63,367 bases of DNA from Polyangia bacterium (GTDB taxonomy: Bacteria; Myxococcota_A; Polyangia; Fen-1088): NCBI GenBank assembly GCA_035648655.1, contig DASRLC010000143.1:1-63367 (forward strand), written 5' to 3'. A program made the translations under genes and the position numbers. The notes under the pieces are model-generated. The model worked only from the letters and a program-made list of their open reading frames with translations. It was not told the origin of the DNA and did not search any database. Position 1 is the stretch's first letter, and every line of letters begins with the position of its first letter. This document shows, in pieces, positions 17,690 through 28,800 of this stretch.

Positions 17690-20245
17690 TCAGGCCGACG
17701 CCGGGCTGTGGGCCTCCGTCTTCACGCGAACGCTCTGGGGCTGTGGCCCACTTTTGGCGTCAGCCTTCGGCCCGACTTTGTGCCGATCGAGAACCCAATA
17801 GGCGAGCAGCTTCACGCGATCATTCACGAGGGCCCACGCGACTGCATAGCCCCACACGAAGAGCGCCCATCCCCAGCCGATCGGCGCCATAAAGAGGCCG
17901 TACACGGCGATAAAGGTCGCCGCGAGCTGCGTGCCCAGCACCGCCAGCCACAGGACCCGCGCCGGTCGTATCGACCAGAATGGGCCGCGTGTCCGCGTCA
18001 AGAAGATGGTCAAGTGGCCGGCCACCGACAGCTTCAAATACATCAGCGTCTGGATGCGCGCGTGGTCGAGATGAAAGACCCGCATGCCTAGAAAAAATAG
18101 CCCGAAGGCGGCAACGACCCCGATGAGACCCAGCACCGTGGAGATCCCCAGGACCACGCGCATGTTCCAAGCCTCGGGCTGATCCCGGTAGTGAACGTTG
18201 TCGTAGGCGATGGACAGGATTGCGCCGTCGTTGAGCAACGCCAGCATCACGATCATCACGGCGGTCACCGGATAGAAGTTGAACACCAAGATCGCCAGCG
18301 TCATGAAGAACAGCACGCGCAAGGTCTCGGCGATGCGGTAGATCGCGTAGCTGTTCATTCGCTGGAAAATTCGGCGGCTCTCCTTGATGGCGTCGATGAT
18401 CACCGACAGACCCGGCGTCGTGAGCACGATGGACGCCGCCGCGCGCGCCGCGTCCGTCGCGCCCGACACGGCGATGCCGCAGTCGGATTTCTTCAGCGCC
18501 GGGGCGTCATTGACCCCGTCTCCCGTCATGCCGACCATGTGACGGTGCTTCTGCAAGACGTCCACGATGTGGAACTTGTGCTCGGGGAACACCTGGGCGA
18601 AGCCGTCTGCCTTCTCGATCAAATCGGCGGCCGCCGCGGTCTCCAGTTGCTTGGCATCGCCGAGGCTGCTGGCATCCAGAATGTTCGCGCCCATTCCCAG
18701 CTTTCTGGCCGTCTCCTGGGCGATGGCCAGTTGGTCCCCGGTCACCATCTTGACCTTCACGCCCATCTGGAGCGCGGTCGCGATGGTCGCCTTGGCGTCC
18801 TCCCGCGGCGGGTCAAATAGAGGCAACACGCCGAGAAGCTGCCAGGGGCCATCCCCCTCGGCGCGCGCGACACCCAACGAGCGAAAGCCGCGGGCCGCGA
18901 AGTCGTTGACCGCCTTTTCCGTGGGAGCCTTCACCTGCTCGGCGTTGGCCGCCAAGGCCAAGATCACCTGCGGGGCGCCCTTGGTCACCTTGAAGGTCTT
19001 TCCGTCTTTCCCTTTCAGGGAGGCCTCGGTGCGCTTGTGCACCGGATCGAACGGTTGAAAATGAACCACGTCATAGGCTCTGAGGGACTCCTTGTCTTTC
19101 ACTCCGGCCAACACCGCCAGGTCGATTGTGTCGTTGTTTTCCGCGCGGGACGCCAACGCGCCGTTGAGGATCACTTGATCGGCGGGGATGTTGTTCACGC
19201 TGAACGGATCGCCGAGCGTCAGCTTGTTCTGGGTCAGGGTCCCGGTCTTGTCCGCACACAGGAGGTCGACACCGGCCAATTCTTCGATGGCCACCAGGCG
19301 GCTGACGATCGCCTTCTTCTTGGCAAGAAGACGCGCGCCGACCGCCATCGTGACAGAGAGCACCGTCGGCATGGCTACCGGGATCGCAGCCACGGTCAGT
19401 ACCAGCGCGAACTGCAAGGTTCCGAGGACTGAATCGCCCCGAAAGATTGCCACGGTGACAATCACCGCGACCAGAGCGACCGCCAGGATGATCAGATAGT
19501 TTCCGATCTTCAACACCGCCTTTTGAAAGTGGCTGACGGTATGAGCTTCCTGAACCAGTTGTGCGGTCTTGCCAAAGTACGTGTTTCCGCCGGTGGCATA
19601 AACCAACCCCTCGATTTCACCCTGACGGATGATCGATCCGGAAAACACGGCCTCACCAGGTTTGCGTGTGGCTGGCAGCGATTCCCCGGTGAGGGCCGAT
19701 TGATCGACCTCCACCGGATCGCCCGCCAGCAACCGCGCATCCGCCGGAACGATGTCGCCGAGCCGCATGCGAATGACGTCACCGGGCACCAGATCGCGCG
19801 CCTCCGGGTTGATCCACTTGCCATCCCGCTTCACCCGAGCCTTGATCGCAAGCCTGGCTTTGAGAGCGGCGATGGCGTCGCTCGCCTGACGCTCCTCCCA
19901 GAAGCCGACGACCGCGTTGGCCGCCAGAAGCAGGAGGATGATGCCGAAATCCGGCCAATGCCGGACCACCGCCGACAGGATCACCGCCACCTCGATCATC
20001 CACGGGATGGGGCCCCAAAAATAGCTGAGAAATTTCAAGAGGGCGTTGGTCTTCTTTTCGACGATCTCATTTGCTCCGTATTGAGTCAGCCGTTTCTTCG
20101 CCTCGGCGTCGCTGAGGCCGTCGGGCGACGACTCCAACCGCTTCTCCACCTCCGGGAGGGGTAAAGACTTGAGATCGTCCTTAGGGTCGGGCTTGGCTCC
20201 CGGCTTCGGTCCGGAAGCAGGCGGCTTGGCGGCGGTGGCTTGCAT
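17690..20245 (-). CDS. P3A-type (plasma-membrane-type) proton-efflux P-type ATPase
   Basis: The N-terminus '[43 protein letters not shown]' is typical of PMA1/AHA-type pumps. Also 'TGES', 'CADKTGTLT' and '[12 protein letters not shown]'. Confidence 0.85.
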   Translation of the reverse strand: MQATAAKPPASGPKPGAKPDPKDDLKSLPLPEVEKRLESSPDGLSDAEAKKRLTQYGANEIVEKKTNALLKFLSYFWGPIPWMIEVAVILSAVVRHWPDFGIILLLLAANAVVGFWEERQASDAIAALKARLAIKARVKRDGKWINPEARDLVPGDVIRMRLGDIVPADARLLAGDPVEVDQSALTGESLPATRKPGEAVFSGSIIRQGEIEGLVYATGGNTYFGKTAQLVQEAHTVSHFQKAVLKIGNYLIILAVALVAVIVTVAIFRGDSVLGTLQFALVLTVAAIPVAMPTVLSVTMAVGARLLAKKKAIVSRLVAIEELAGVDLLCADKTGTLTQNKLTLGDPFSVNNIPADQVILNGALASRAENNDTIDLAVLAGVKDKESLRAYDVVHFQPFDPVHKRTEASLKGKDGKTFKVTKGAPQVILALAANAEQVKAPTEKAVNDFAARGFRSLGVARAEGDGPWQLLGVLPLFDPPREDAKATIATALQMGVKVKMVTGDQLAIAQETARKLGMGANILDASSLGDAKQLETAAAADLIEKADGFAQVFPEHKFHIVDVLQKHRHMVGMTGDGVNDAPALKKSDCGIAVSGATDAARAAASIVLTTPGLSVIIDAIKESRRIFQRMNSYAIYRIAETLRVLFFMTLAILVFNFYPVTAVMIVMLALLNDGAILSIAYDNVHYRDQPEAWNMRVVLGISTVLGLIGVVAAFGLFFLGMRVFHLDHARIQTLMYLKLSVAGHLTIFLTRTRGPFWSIRPARVLWLAVLGTQLAATFIAVYGLFMAPIGWGWALFVWGYAVAWALVNDRVKLLAYWVLDRHKVGPKADAKSGPQPQSVRVKTEAHSPASA

Positions 20246-20290
20246 GGTGGCGTTCCTTCTGTTGTGCTGAGCTATAGATGTCGGGGGCCC

Positions 20291-21079
20291 TCAAACGCTT
20301 TTTGTGGCCCTGACGCCGGCGCGAACGATGTCGAGGAACTGGTCGGCGACGAGGCTGGCGCCGCCGATCAGAGCGCCGTCGATACCCGGCCGGGCAAGGA
20401 GCGCGCCCGCATTGTCCGGTTTGACGCTGCCGCCGTACTGTATGGCGAGCTCTCGAGCCGACGTCTCTCCGAACATCCGACCGAAGAGTCGACGAATGAC
20501 TGCGTGCGCCTCCTGAGCCTGCTCGGGGGTGGCCTGATGTCCCGTGCTGCCGATTGCCCAGACCGGTTCGTATGCGACGATCAGCCGCTTCACGGCGTCG
20601 GCCGAAAGGTGGGCCAATCCTCGGCTGATTTGGCGGTCCAGAACGGCGTCGGTCTGGTTTGCCTCGCGCTCCTCGAGGGTCTCGCCGACGCAAAAGACCA
20701 CGTCGAGCCCGGCCGCCAAAGCGAACTCTATCTTGTGGTTGATGAATTCGTCGGTTTCGCCCAACCTGTGCCGACGTTCGCTGTGGCCGAGGACGACGTA
20801 CTTGCAGCCGAGGTCGAGGAGCATCGTGGGGCTGACCTCGCCGGTGAAGGCGCCGTCCTTCTCGGGATAGAGGTTCTGTGCGCCGAGCGCGACATGACTG
20901 TCCTTGAGAATCTCCCCGACCAGCGCCAAATACGGAAAGGGCGGACAGATCGCCACCACGACTTGGTCGTCCCCACACTCTCCATCTACGATCGCTTGCG
21001 CCAACCGCCGGGCCTCGGTTGCGGTCGTGTTCATCTTCCAGTTGCCGATGACGACCTTGCGGCGCGTCGCAGGTCTCAT
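20291..21079 (-). CDS. tpiA: triosephosphate isomerase
   Basis: 'VIGNWKMN', 'LGHSERR' and 'AYEPVWAIGSTG'. The start at 21079 forms an ATGA overlap with the fba stop. The ORF-track extension to 21748 has no TIM similarity. Confidence 0.92.
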   Translation of the reverse strand: MRPATRRKVVIGNWKMNTTATEARRLAQAIVDGECGDDQVVVAICPPFPYLALVGEILKDSHVALGAQNLYPEKDGAFTGEVSPTMLLDLGCKYVVLGHSERRHRLGETDEFINHKIEFALAAGLDVVFCVGETLEEREANQTDAVLDRQISRGLAHLSADAVKRLIVAYEPVWAIGSTGHQATPEQAQEAHAVIRRLFGRMFGETSARELAIQYGGSVKPDNAGALLARPGIDGALIGGASLVADQFLDIVRAGVRATKSV

Positions 21080-22155
21080 GAGATCCCTACCGACCTCGTG
21101 ACGGACGACTCGCCACCGGGGACGATCTCTTGATCGCCGCGCTCGAACGCGGCGTCGTATTCGCCTCGGCGCGCAGCTGCGTCGCACTCGGCTCGGTGAA
21201 ACAGAGCCTTCTGCGCCGCCGACACGTTGGACTCCGCGCCCCGCCAGATCTCCAGCGCCGGTTGCTGGATGGCGCGGGCAAAGGAAAAGGTCAGCGCCCA
21301 CGGCAACCGCGATTTGAATCGCACGGTCATCGCATTCAGACGGGCGGAAGCCGTTGCGCCGGATTGGCCCCCTGACAGGAAGGCAATCCCCGGGACGGCG
21401 GCGGGAACGGCTCGCAGGAGGCAATTCACTGTGGCGTCGGCCACCTGCTCCACGGTCTCCTGCTTCGGGCAGGTCGCGCCCGGAAGGACCATGTTCGGCT
21501 TCAGGATCATGCCCTCCGGAATGACCCCCTGGGCGAAGAGGTGGGTGAACACGGCGCGGAGAACCTCCTCGGTGACCTCGGAACAGCGCTGCAGCGTGTG
21601 GTCGCCGGCCATCAGCACCTCCGGCTCGACGATAGGGACCAACCCCGCTTCCTGGCACAGGGCGGCGTACCGAGCCAGCGCCTGCGCGTTTGCTTCGATA
21701 CAGGCGCGACTCGGTCTGCGATCGTCCACCGCAATCACGCCGCGCCACTTGGCAAACCGGGCGCCCAGGCCTGAATATTCAGCCAGCCGTTCACGCAGGC
21801 CGTCGAGACCCTCGGTCACCTTTTCGCCGGGATGACCTGCCATGTCCTTTGCCCCGGTGTCGACTTTGATACCGGGAATGATTCCTGCGTCTCCGAGCAC
21901 CTCGACGAACGAGGTGCCGTCCGCCTTGCTCTGCCGAATCGTCTCGTCGAATAGAATCGCGCCACTGATGCAGCGGCCGAGCTGCGGCGTCGTCACGAGC
22001 AGCTCCCGATAAGCGCGCCGGGTCTCTTCATCCTGGGGAATGCCGAGCCGCGCGAACCGCTTGTTACAGGTTCGGGTGCTCTCGTCCATCGCGAGCAGGC
22101 CCTTGTCGCCGCTTACGATCGCCCGCGCCGTCTCAGCTAACTCGTCTGCGTTCAT
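21076..22155 (-). CDS. fba: class I fructose-bisphosphate aldolase
   Basis: 'GLLAMDESTRTCNKRF' and the Schiff-base lysine context 'MILKPNMV'. Start Met 'MNADELAE' at 22155. Confidence 0.9.
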   Translation of the reverse strand: MNADELAETARAIVSGDKGLLAMDESTRTCNKRFARLGIPQDEETRRAYRELLVTTPQLGRCISGAILFDETIRQSKADGTSFVEVLGDAGIIPGIKVDTGAKDMAGHPGEKVTEGLDGLRERLAEYSGLGARFAKWRGVIAVDDRRPSRACIEANAQALARYAALCQEAGLVPIVEPEVLMAGDHTLQRCSEVTEEVLRAVFTHLFAQGVIPEGMILKPNMVLPGATCPKQETVEQVADATVNCLLRAVPAAVPGIAFLSGGQSGATASARLNAMTVRFKSRLPWALTFSFARAIQQPALEIWRGAESNVSAAQKALFHRAECDAAARRGEYDAAFERGDQEIVPGGESSVTRSVGIS

Positions 22156-22338
22156 GTGTGTCTCGCCTTTCTGCCTTCGAGCTCTTCGGTCTTCGCGAGA
22201 CGGCGCTCGAACCGTGCGTCCCCCTCGAACCGCGCGTCGAGAAACACCTGGACCAGCTCGCGAGCCAACTCGCCTCCCGTGACCCGACCACCCAGGCACA
22301 TGACGTTCATGTCGCCACCTACCGCCCCACCCTCGGCT
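22152..22338 (-). pseudogene. C-terminal remnant of ribose-5-phosphate isomerase B
   Basis: In-frame translation 'GGDMNVMCLGGRVTGGELARELVQVFLDARFEGDARFERRLAKTEELE' aligns with the last ~50 aa of RpiB/LacAB (E. coli 'NDTNVLAFGSRVVGLELAKMIVDAWLGAQYEGGRHQQRVEAI'). The N-terminal two thirds are absent. It fills the 183-nt xfp-fba spacer. Confidence 0.6.
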
Positions 22339-24711
22339 CTAGTCGCGACTCCACTTCCAGTCTCGGATCTCTGGCAAGTCTTGCCCGTGCTCATCGATGT
22401 AGTGCTTGTGCTCGATGAGCTTGTCGCGCATCTGTTGCTTCAGGTAGGCGCCCTTGGCACCCACCTCTGGTACCCGGTCGACCACGTCCTCCACCAGGTG
22501 GAACCGATCCAGCTCGTTCTGCACCCTCATGTCGAAGGCCGTCGTGATGGTGCCCTCTTCCTTGTAACCCCGGACGTGAAGGTTGTGGTTGGTGCGACGG
22601 TAGGTGAGACGGTGAACCAACCACGGATATCCATGGAACCCGAAGATGATGTGCTTGTCTTTCGTAAAGAGCGAGTCGTAGTCCTGGTCGCTCAATCCAT
22701 GTGGGTGCTCGGTCTTGGGCTGAAGCTTCATGAGATCGACCACGTTGATGACCCGGATCTTCAGCTCCGGCAGATGTTTCCGGAGAATGGTCACCGCGGC
22801 CAAAATTTCGAGCGTGGGCGTGTCCCCACAACAGGCCATGACGACGTCGGGCTCCGCGCCCTGATCATTGCTGGCCCACTGCCAGATGCCGAGCCCTTCG
22901 GTGCAATGCACGATAGCGGCGTCCATTGTCAACCACTGCGGCAGGGCGTGCTTACCCGCCACGACGACGTTGACGTAGTGCCGGCTCCGCAGACAGTGAT
23001 CGAACACGGACAGCAGACAGTTCGCGTCGGGTGGCAGATAGACCCGAACGATGTCGGCCTTTTTATTGATGACATGGTCGAGAAAGCCTGGATCCTGATG
23101 GGTAAAACCATTGTGGTCCTGCTGCCAGACGTGCGACGCGAGTAAGTAGTTCAACGACGCGATCTTCCGTCGCCAGGGAAGCTCCAAGGTCACCTTCAAC
23201 CACTTGGCGTGCTGGCTGAACATCGAATCGACAATTCGAATGAAGGCCTCGTAGCTGTTGAAGAGGCCGTGACGCCCCGTCAGGAGATACCCTTCCAGCC
23301 AGCCCTCACACTGGTGCTCGCTGAGCATGGAGTCGAGCACGCCGCCAGACGGCGCGAGAAACTCGTCATTGGTCTCTTTTCTGGCGTCCCATTGACGGCT
23401 GGTGGTTTCGAAGACCGCGCCCAGGAGATTCGACAGCGTCTCATCGGGACCGAAGACGCGGAAATTGCGGGGTTCCTGATTCAACGTCGCGACGTCACGC
23501 AGAAACTTACCCAGGACCATGGTGTCTTGGGCAGCGACGGCACCCGGCGAAGGTACGTTCACCGCGTGAGCGCCGAAGTCCGGCATGCGCAGTTCGTGCA
23601 ACAAAAGGCCCCCGTTCGCGTGTGGGTTGGCACCCATCCGGCGGTCCCCCTTGGGCGCCAGCTCGGCCAGCTCCGGCATCAACCGACCGGTGTTGTCAAA
23701 GAGCTCTTCGGCCTTGTAGCTCTTCATCCAACTCTCGAGCTGCTTGACGTGGTCGGGGTGCTCGGAATCGACCAGCAGCGGAACCTGATGCGCGCGGAAC
23801 GTGCCCTCGACCTGCAGGCCGTCGACGACCTTGGGTCCCGTCCAGCCCTTGGGAGATCTGAGGACAATCATTGGCCAGCGCGGGCGCATGTCGTCGTTTT
23901 TGCTCCGCGCCTTGTTTTGAATTTGCCGGATTTCGTCGACCACCTTGTCCAGTGTCGCTGCCATGAGCTGGTGCATCTTTCCCGGATCATCACCTTCCAC
24001 GAAATGGGGCGTCCAACCACAGCCCCGAAAGAAGTGCTCCAACTCCTCGCGTTCGATGCGAGCAAGGACGGTCGGGTTGCTGATCTTGTAGCCGTTCAAG
24101 TGCAAGATCGGCAGCACGACGCCGTCGGTGATCGGATTGAGGAGCTTATTGGAATGCCAGGCGGTCGCCAACGGGCCCGTCTCCGCCTCGCCGTCGCCGA
24201 CGACGCAGGCCACGACGAGATCGGGATTGTCGAATGCGGCGCCGAACGCATGACTGAGCGAGTACCCGAGCTCGCCGCCTTCGTGAATCGAGCCCGGCGT
24301 GGTGGGCGCCACATGGCTGGAGATGCCGCCGGGGAATGAGAACTGTGTGAAGAGCTTCTTCAGCCCGGCCTCGTCTTGCGTGACGTTCGGATACACGTCG
24401 CTCCAGGTACCCTCGAGGTAGACGTTTCCGACAATCGCGGGACCGCCGTGACCCGGCCCCGCGATGTAGAACATGTCCAGGTCGTACTTCTTGATGATTC
24501 GGTTGAGGTGGACGTAGATGAAGTTCTGACCAGGCGTCGTGCCCCAGTGGCCGACCACCAGGGGCTTCACGTGGGACAGCTTCAGCGGCTCCTTCAGGAG
24601 TGGGTTGTCGTAGAGATAGATTTGCCCCACAGACAGATAGTTGGCCGCGCGCCAGTAGGCGTCCATCTTGCGGAGAAGCTCGGGCGTGACGGTGGTGGTA
24701 TCGGTGGTCAT
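22339..24711 (-). CDS. xfp: xylulose-5-P/fructose-6-P phosphoketolase
   Basis: '[18 protein letters not shown]', 'GHWGTTPG', and the signature 'EGGELGY'. ATG at 24711 is preceded by a GAGGAAG-like RBS. Confidence 0.93.
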   Translation of the reverse strand: MTTDTTTVTPELLRKMDAYWRAANYLSVGQIYLYDNPLLKEPLKLSHVKPLVVGHWGTTPGQNFIYVHLNRIIKKYDLDMFYIAGPGHGGPAIVGNVYLEGTWSDVYPNVTQDEAGLKKLFTQFSFPGGISSHVAPTTPGSIHEGGELGYSLSHAFGAAFDNPDLVVACVVGDGEAETGPLATAWHSNKLLNPITDGVVLPILHLNGYKISNPTVLARIEREELEHFFRGCGWTPHFVEGDDPGKMHQLMAATLDKVVDEIRQIQNKARSKNDDMRPRWPMIVLRSPKGWTGPKVVDGLQVEGTFRAHQVPLLVDSEHPDHVKQLESWMKSYKAEELFDNTGRLMPELAELAPKGDRRMGANPHANGGLLLHELRMPDFGAHAVNVPSPGAVAAQDTMVLGKFLRDVATLNQEPRNFRVFGPDETLSNLLGAVFETTSRQWDARKETNDEFLAPSGGVLDSMLSEHQCEGWLEGYLLTGRHGLFNSYEAFIRIVDSMFSQHAKWLKVTLELPWRRKIASLNYLLASHVWQQDHNGFTHQDPGFLDHVINKKADIVRVYLPPDANCLLSVFDHCLRSRHYVNVVVAGKHALPQWLTMDAAIVHCTEGLGIWQWASNDQGAEPDVVMACCGDTPTLEILAAVTILRKHLPELKIRVINVVDLMKLQPKTEHPHGLSDQDYDSLFTKDKHIIFGFHGYPWLVHRLTYRRTNHNLHVRGYKEEGTITTAFDMRVQNELDRFHLVEDVVDRVPEVGAKGAYLKQQMRDKLIEHKHYIDEHGQDLPEIRDWKWSRD

Positions 24712-24730
24712 GGTTCTTCCTCGTTGTGAA

Positions 24731-26920
24731 TCACAGACTGGCCCTTCGTAACCGCAGGGCATTGGTGATGACCGAAACGGAGCTGACGCTCATCGCGGCG
24801 CCGGCGATGACCGGGCTGAGCAGCAAGCCGAGAAACGGATAAAGCGCCCCCGCGGCCAAGGGAATGCCGAGCGCGTTGTAAAGGAAGGCGAAGAACAGGT
24901 TTTGGCGGATGTTCCGCATGGTGGCGCGGCTGAGCTGGATGGCTTTGGCAATCCCGCGGAGATCTCCTTTCAGGAGAATGATGCCGGCACTTTGCATGGC
25001 AACATCGGTGCCGGTGCCCATGGCGATGCCGACGTCAGATGCGGTCAGCGCGGGAGCATCGTTGATGCCGTCACCGGCCATCGCGACATGCCTGCCCTCA
25101 GCACGTAAGGCCGTAACCAGGGCGGCTTTCCCCGCCGGCTCGACCTCGGCGTGCACCGCGTCTAGGGCGAGCTGCTTCGCGACCACGTCGGCGGTGCGAC
25201 GATTGTCACCGGTTAACATGACGAGCTTGATCCCCAGTGCGTGGAGGCGCTCGACTGCCTCGCGGGTTGTGGCCTTGATGGGATCAGCCACGGCCAAAAG
25301 GCCAGCCGCCTTGCCGTCGATGGCCACGAAGATTGCGATTTTTCCCCCGTCTTGATGCGTGACGGCCGAGGCTTCAACCGGTTCCAAGGCCGTTATCCCT
25401 TCGCTCCGCAGAAGACCCACCTTGCCGACGATGACCGCGCGGCCGGCCACGGTGCCGAGAACTCCGCCGCCCGTCACCGACCTGAAGTCCTGAACGTCCT
25501 CGAGGCCGAGGCCGCGCTCCTTGGCACCGGCGACAATGGCGGCACCGAGTGGGTGTTCGCTCTTTTGTTCCAGCGAGGCGACGAGGCGGAGAAGGTCAGC
25601 CACATCGACACCGTCGGCCGGCAGGGCATCCACGAGCTTGGGTTTGCCTTCGGTCAGAGTGCCCGTCTTGTCAACGACGAGGGTGTTGACCTTTTCTAAC
25701 CGCTCGAGCGCTTCAGCGTTCTTGACGAGGACGCCTTCTCGAGCGCCGCGACCGACCCCCACCATGATGGACATCGGTGTAGCCAGTCCGAGCGCGCAGG
25801 GGCAGGCAATGATGAGAACTGCAACGGCGTTGACCATCGCGTACGCGAGCCTTGGCTCCGGCCCCAGCCATATCCACAAGATGAAGGTGAGCACCGACAC
25901 CGCCAGCACTACGGGCACGAAAATACCCGCGACCCGATCGGCGAGACCTTGAATGGGGGCTCGGCTGCGCTGGGCTTCGGCAACCATGTTCACGATCTGC
26001 CCCAGCAACGTGTCGCTGCCCACCCGTTCGGCGCGCATGACGAAGCTACCGGATCCGTTGACGGTGCCCGCCGTTACCTTCCCGCCGACCGTCTTTTCCA
26101 CGGGCAGCGGCTCGCCGGTGATCATGGACTCTTCGACAGTCGAGTGACCTTCGAGAAGCGTGCCGTCAACGGGCACCTTGTCACCCGGAACCACGCGCAA
26201 CCAGTCGCCGACGTTCACCCGATCGAGCGGAACTTCATGGTCGCCCCCCGGCGCGACTTGCCGCGCCGTGGGCGGCGCGAGGCCGAGCAGAGATGCTATC
26301 GCGCTGCCCGTGCGGCTCCGGGCGCGGAGCTCGAGCACCTGACCGAGGAGGACTAAGACCACCACCACCGCCGCCGCCTCGAAGTAGATCGGGACTTTAC
26401 CGTGGTGTTGCATCGTGGGCGGGAACAGTCCAGGCACGAGCATCGCCAAAACGCTGAAAGCGAACGCCGCGCCCACGCCGATGGCGATCAATGTGAACAT
26501 GTTCAAGTGCCGCGACACGACGGAGCGCCAGCCGCGGGAGAAAAACGGCCAACCCGCCCACCAGACCACAGGCGTGCTGAGCGCAAATTGCATCCAGCGT
26601 GAAGCCTGACCGTCCACCCAGGACTGTCTGGCCATTGGCGGGACGAGGTGGGCCATCGCCGCGACGAAGACCGGGAGTGCCAGACCGGCACCGATCCAGA
26701 AGCGCCTCGTCATGTTGCGCAGCTCGGCGTGGTCGTCGCTGTCCGTGCCGGCGGTCCTGGTCTTCGGCTCCAGCGTCATGCCGCACTTGGGGCACTCCCC
26801 GCGATGGTCTTGCTCCACCTCGGGGTGCATCGGGCAGGTGTAGATCGTGCGACGTGCGGGAGCCGGGCCGGTCCTTCGGGCGGGCACGACCGCGCCGGCG
26901 GCGATCGCCTCAACGCCCAT
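24731..26920 (-). CDS. copA: P1B-1 Cu(I)/Ag(I)-exporting P-type ATPase
   Basis: TM 'CPC', 'YN' ('FLYNALGIP'), 'MSVSS', 'DKTGTLT', 'SEHPLG' and '[10 protein letters not shown]'. The N-terminal metal-binding module is 'YTCPMHPEV...CPKCGM' rather than a MxCxxC ferredoxin fold. Confidence 0.88.
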   Translation of the reverse strand: MGVEAIAAGAVVPARRTGPAPARRTIYTCPMHPEVEQDHRGECPKCGMTLEPKTRTAGTDSDDHAELRNMTRRFWIGAGLALPVFVAAMAHLVPPMARQSWVDGQASRWMQFALSTPVVWWAGWPFFSRGWRSVVSRHLNMFTLIAIGVGAAFAFSVLAMLVPGLFPPTMQHHGKVPIYFEAAAVVVVLVLLGQVLELRARSRTGSAIASLLGLAPPTARQVAPGGDHEVPLDRVNVGDWLRVVPGDKVPVDGTLLEGHSTVEESMITGEPLPVEKTVGGKVTAGTVNGSGSFVMRAERVGSDTLLGQIVNMVAEAQRSRAPIQGLADRVAGIFVPVVLAVSVLTFILWIWLGPEPRLAYAMVNAVAVLIIACPCALGLATPMSIMVGVGRGAREGVLVKNAEALERLEKVNTLVVDKTGTLTEGKPKLVDALPADGVDVADLLRLVASLEQKSEHPLGAAIVAGAKERGLGLEDVQDFRSVTGGGVLGTVAGRAVIVGKVGLLRSEGITALEPVEASAVTHQDGGKIAIFVAIDGKAAGLLAVADPIKATTREAVERLHALGIKLVMLTGDNRRTADVVAKQLALDAVHAEVEPAGKAALVTALRAEGRHVAMAGDGINDAPALTASDVGIAMGTGTDVAMQSAGIILLKGDLRGIAKAIQLSRATMRNIRQNLFFAFLYNALGIPLAAGALYPFLGLLLSPVIAGAAMSVSSVSVITNALRLRRASL

Positions 26921-28130
26921 CGGAGCTACTTTTGGGGGGGGCGACCAGCGACGGAGACGACTGCACGACCGAGCGCGCGATCATCAGCTCCTCATCCGTG
27001 TGGATCACGCGAACGGTGACCCGACTCGACTCGGCGGAGATCGTGCCCGCGCTCTCCCTGTTGAGCGACCCGCTCAGCTCGACGCCCAGGAAGCCTAGCC
27101 CTTCGCAGATACGCGCCCGGACGGGCGGCGCATGTTCGCCGATGCCGCCCGCGAAGACGAGGGTGTCGAGTCCACCCAACGCCGCGGCGAAAGCGCCGGT
27201 CCATTTTTTGGCCTGATAACAAAACAGCCCGATGGCCTCCGCGGCTCGTACGTCGCCGGCTTCCCGTTGCAGCAGGTCCTGCATGTCGGAGCTGATCTCC
27301 GATACGCCGAGCAGACCCGATTCGTGGTTCACGAGACGCTGAAATCGCGCTGCGGTCATGTGCTCGGTGTGCTGTAGGTAGTAGACGAGGCCTGGATCCA
27401 GGTCTCCTGTTCTGGTACCCATGACCAATCCCGCGGCCGGCGTGAATCCCATGCTGGTGTCGATGCTCTTGCCATCACGCACCGCCGCCAGGCTCGCGCC
27501 GCTTCCGAGATGGGCCAAGATCACCCGACCGGTCGCTGCGGTCGGATCGCCGAGGCGCGCAAGCTCTTCCATCAGGAAGGCATACGAGAGCCCATGAAAT
27601 CCGTAGCGACGTATCCCCTGTGCTTGGTAGCGGCGCGGAATTGGCAACGTCCTGGCCACCTGGGGAAGATCGTGGTGAAACGCCGTATCGAAGCAGGCGA
27701 ACTGCGGCAGATCGGGAAACCGGCGATGCAGCGCCTCGACCAGCAGGATCTCCTCCGGCAGGTGCTCGGGGTCGAACGGACTGAGTCGGCGCAGCTCCTC
27801 GATCATCTCCGGGGTGATTCGCTGGGGCCGGCTGTATTTCGGGCCGCCATGGACCACCCGATGCCCCACAGCGGCCAAAGCGCTGCTGTGCTCGCCCAGC
27901 CAGTCCATCAGGACATTGGCGGCAGCGGCGTGATTCGCCGCCTCCACGGTCCGCGACACACTGTGCTGCGGGTTTACGTCCTCCACCTTCAGCGCGGCCT
28001 GGGGCAGCCCGATCCGCGAAATCTCGCCCTTCGCGAGCCGTCGCAGTGTGGCGCCCGCCTCGAACAGCGCGAACTTGATGCTCGACGAGCCCCCATTGAT
28101 CGCGAGAATCAAGGGGATGGCGGGCTTCAT
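26910..28130 (-). CDS. ackA: acetate kinase
   Basis: '[16 protein letters not shown]' at the N-terminus from Met 28130, and 'GFHGLSY'. Its stop overlaps the annotated copA start by 11 nt. Confidence 0.92.
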   Translation of the reverse strand: MKPAIPLILAINGGSSSIKFALFEAGATLRRLAKGEISRIGLPQAALKVEDVNPQHSVSRTVEAANHAAAANVLMDWLGEHSSALAAVGHRVVHGGPKYSRPQRITPEMIEELRRLSPFDPEHLPEEILLVEALHRRFPDLPQFACFDTAFHHDLPQVARTLPIPRRYQAQGIRRYGFHGLSYAFLMEELARLGDPTAATGRVILAHLGSGASLAAVRDGKSIDTSMGFTPAAGLVMGTRTGDLDPGLVYYLQHTEHMTAARFQRLVNHESGLLGVSEISSDMQDLLQREAGDVRAAEAIGLFCYQAKKWTGAFAAALGGLDTLVFAGGIGEHAPPVRARICEGLGFLGVELSGSLNRESAGTISAESSRVTVRVIHTDEELMIARSVVQSSPSLVAPPKSSSDGR

Positions 28131-28765
28131 GCCGCCACCGTGTCGCCGCTCTGCAACCCAAGGGCCGTCAGTTGTGCACACGTGGACGAATAGTCCGTGT
28201 GATGAATGCTTCGAATCCCCAACCCCTGGGCGATTTCGACGAACATCGGGGTATTGTCTATGAAGACCACCTTTGGCGCCGGGGCCTGAGCGACATCCAG
28301 CGCCAACCGAAAGATCTCGGCGTCGGGCTTGCGGATCTGGACGAAACACGAGGAAATGAAGGCATCCACCAGCGCAGTCAATTTGAACCGCCGAATACGA
28401 TAGGCGTTCAGCTCCCGTGCTTCGTTGCTAACCACCACGATTTTCAGCCCGTATCGATCCTTGAGGCGCGCGACGAGCGCGATCATCTGCGGGTGAGGCT
28501 TCGATTGTGAATGCATGAACCGCCGAAATTGAGACCGAGTAAAATCTCGTTTCTGACAGAACACGACCAGGTCCAGATAGTCGTCGAGGGTGAGCTTTCC
28601 TTCCTCATAGGTCTCGAAGGTCATGTGGTGCCGCTCCTCCATCTCGGCACCGTCCAACTTGAAGGTCTTCGCGGCTCGTCTCCGAGCGTGACGATCCCAG
28701 CCATCGGTGAGCAGCACGCCACCGATATCGAGAAACAACGTCGTTACTGCCGGTGCCCGTCGCAT
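28127..28765 (-). CDS. HAD-superfamily hydrolase
   Basis: 'LFLDIGGVL' (DxG variant of motif I), 'VVSNE' and 'VFIDNTP'. ATGA overlap with the ackA start. Confidence 0.75.
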   Translation of the reverse strand: MRRAPAVTTLFLDIGGVLLTDGWDRHARRRAAKTFKLDGAEMEERHHMTFETYEEGKLTLDDYLDLVVFCQKRDFTRSQFRRFMHSQSKPHPQMIALVARLKDRYGLKIVVVSNEARELNAYRIRRFKLTALVDAFISSCFVQIRKPDAEIFRLALDVAQAPAPKVVFIDNTPMFVEIAQGLGIRSIHHTDYSSTCAQLTALGLQSGDTVAA

Positions 28766-28800
28766 TTGACCCTAGGGCGCAACTGCCGCTCGTATGGTCG

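Noticed and set aside
21080-21748. N-terminal 223-aa extension of the tpiA ORF in the ORF track (485 aa total). Similar extensions occur for ackA (to 28349), glgP (to 31536), fba (to 22299), ppk1 (to 12407) and the metallophosphoesterase (from 5155).
   Set aside because: The extensions overlap the upstream, clearly identified genes in another frame and have Arg-rich nonsense composition. The internal Met positions coincide with the family N-termini and give ATGA-type coupling.
22152-22394. The full 80-aa ORF-track entry as a real small gene.
   Set aside because: Its first 18 codons overlap the xfp 3' end in another frame and have no RpiB similarity. Only the part downstream of the xfp stop is homologous, so it is treated as a gene remnant.
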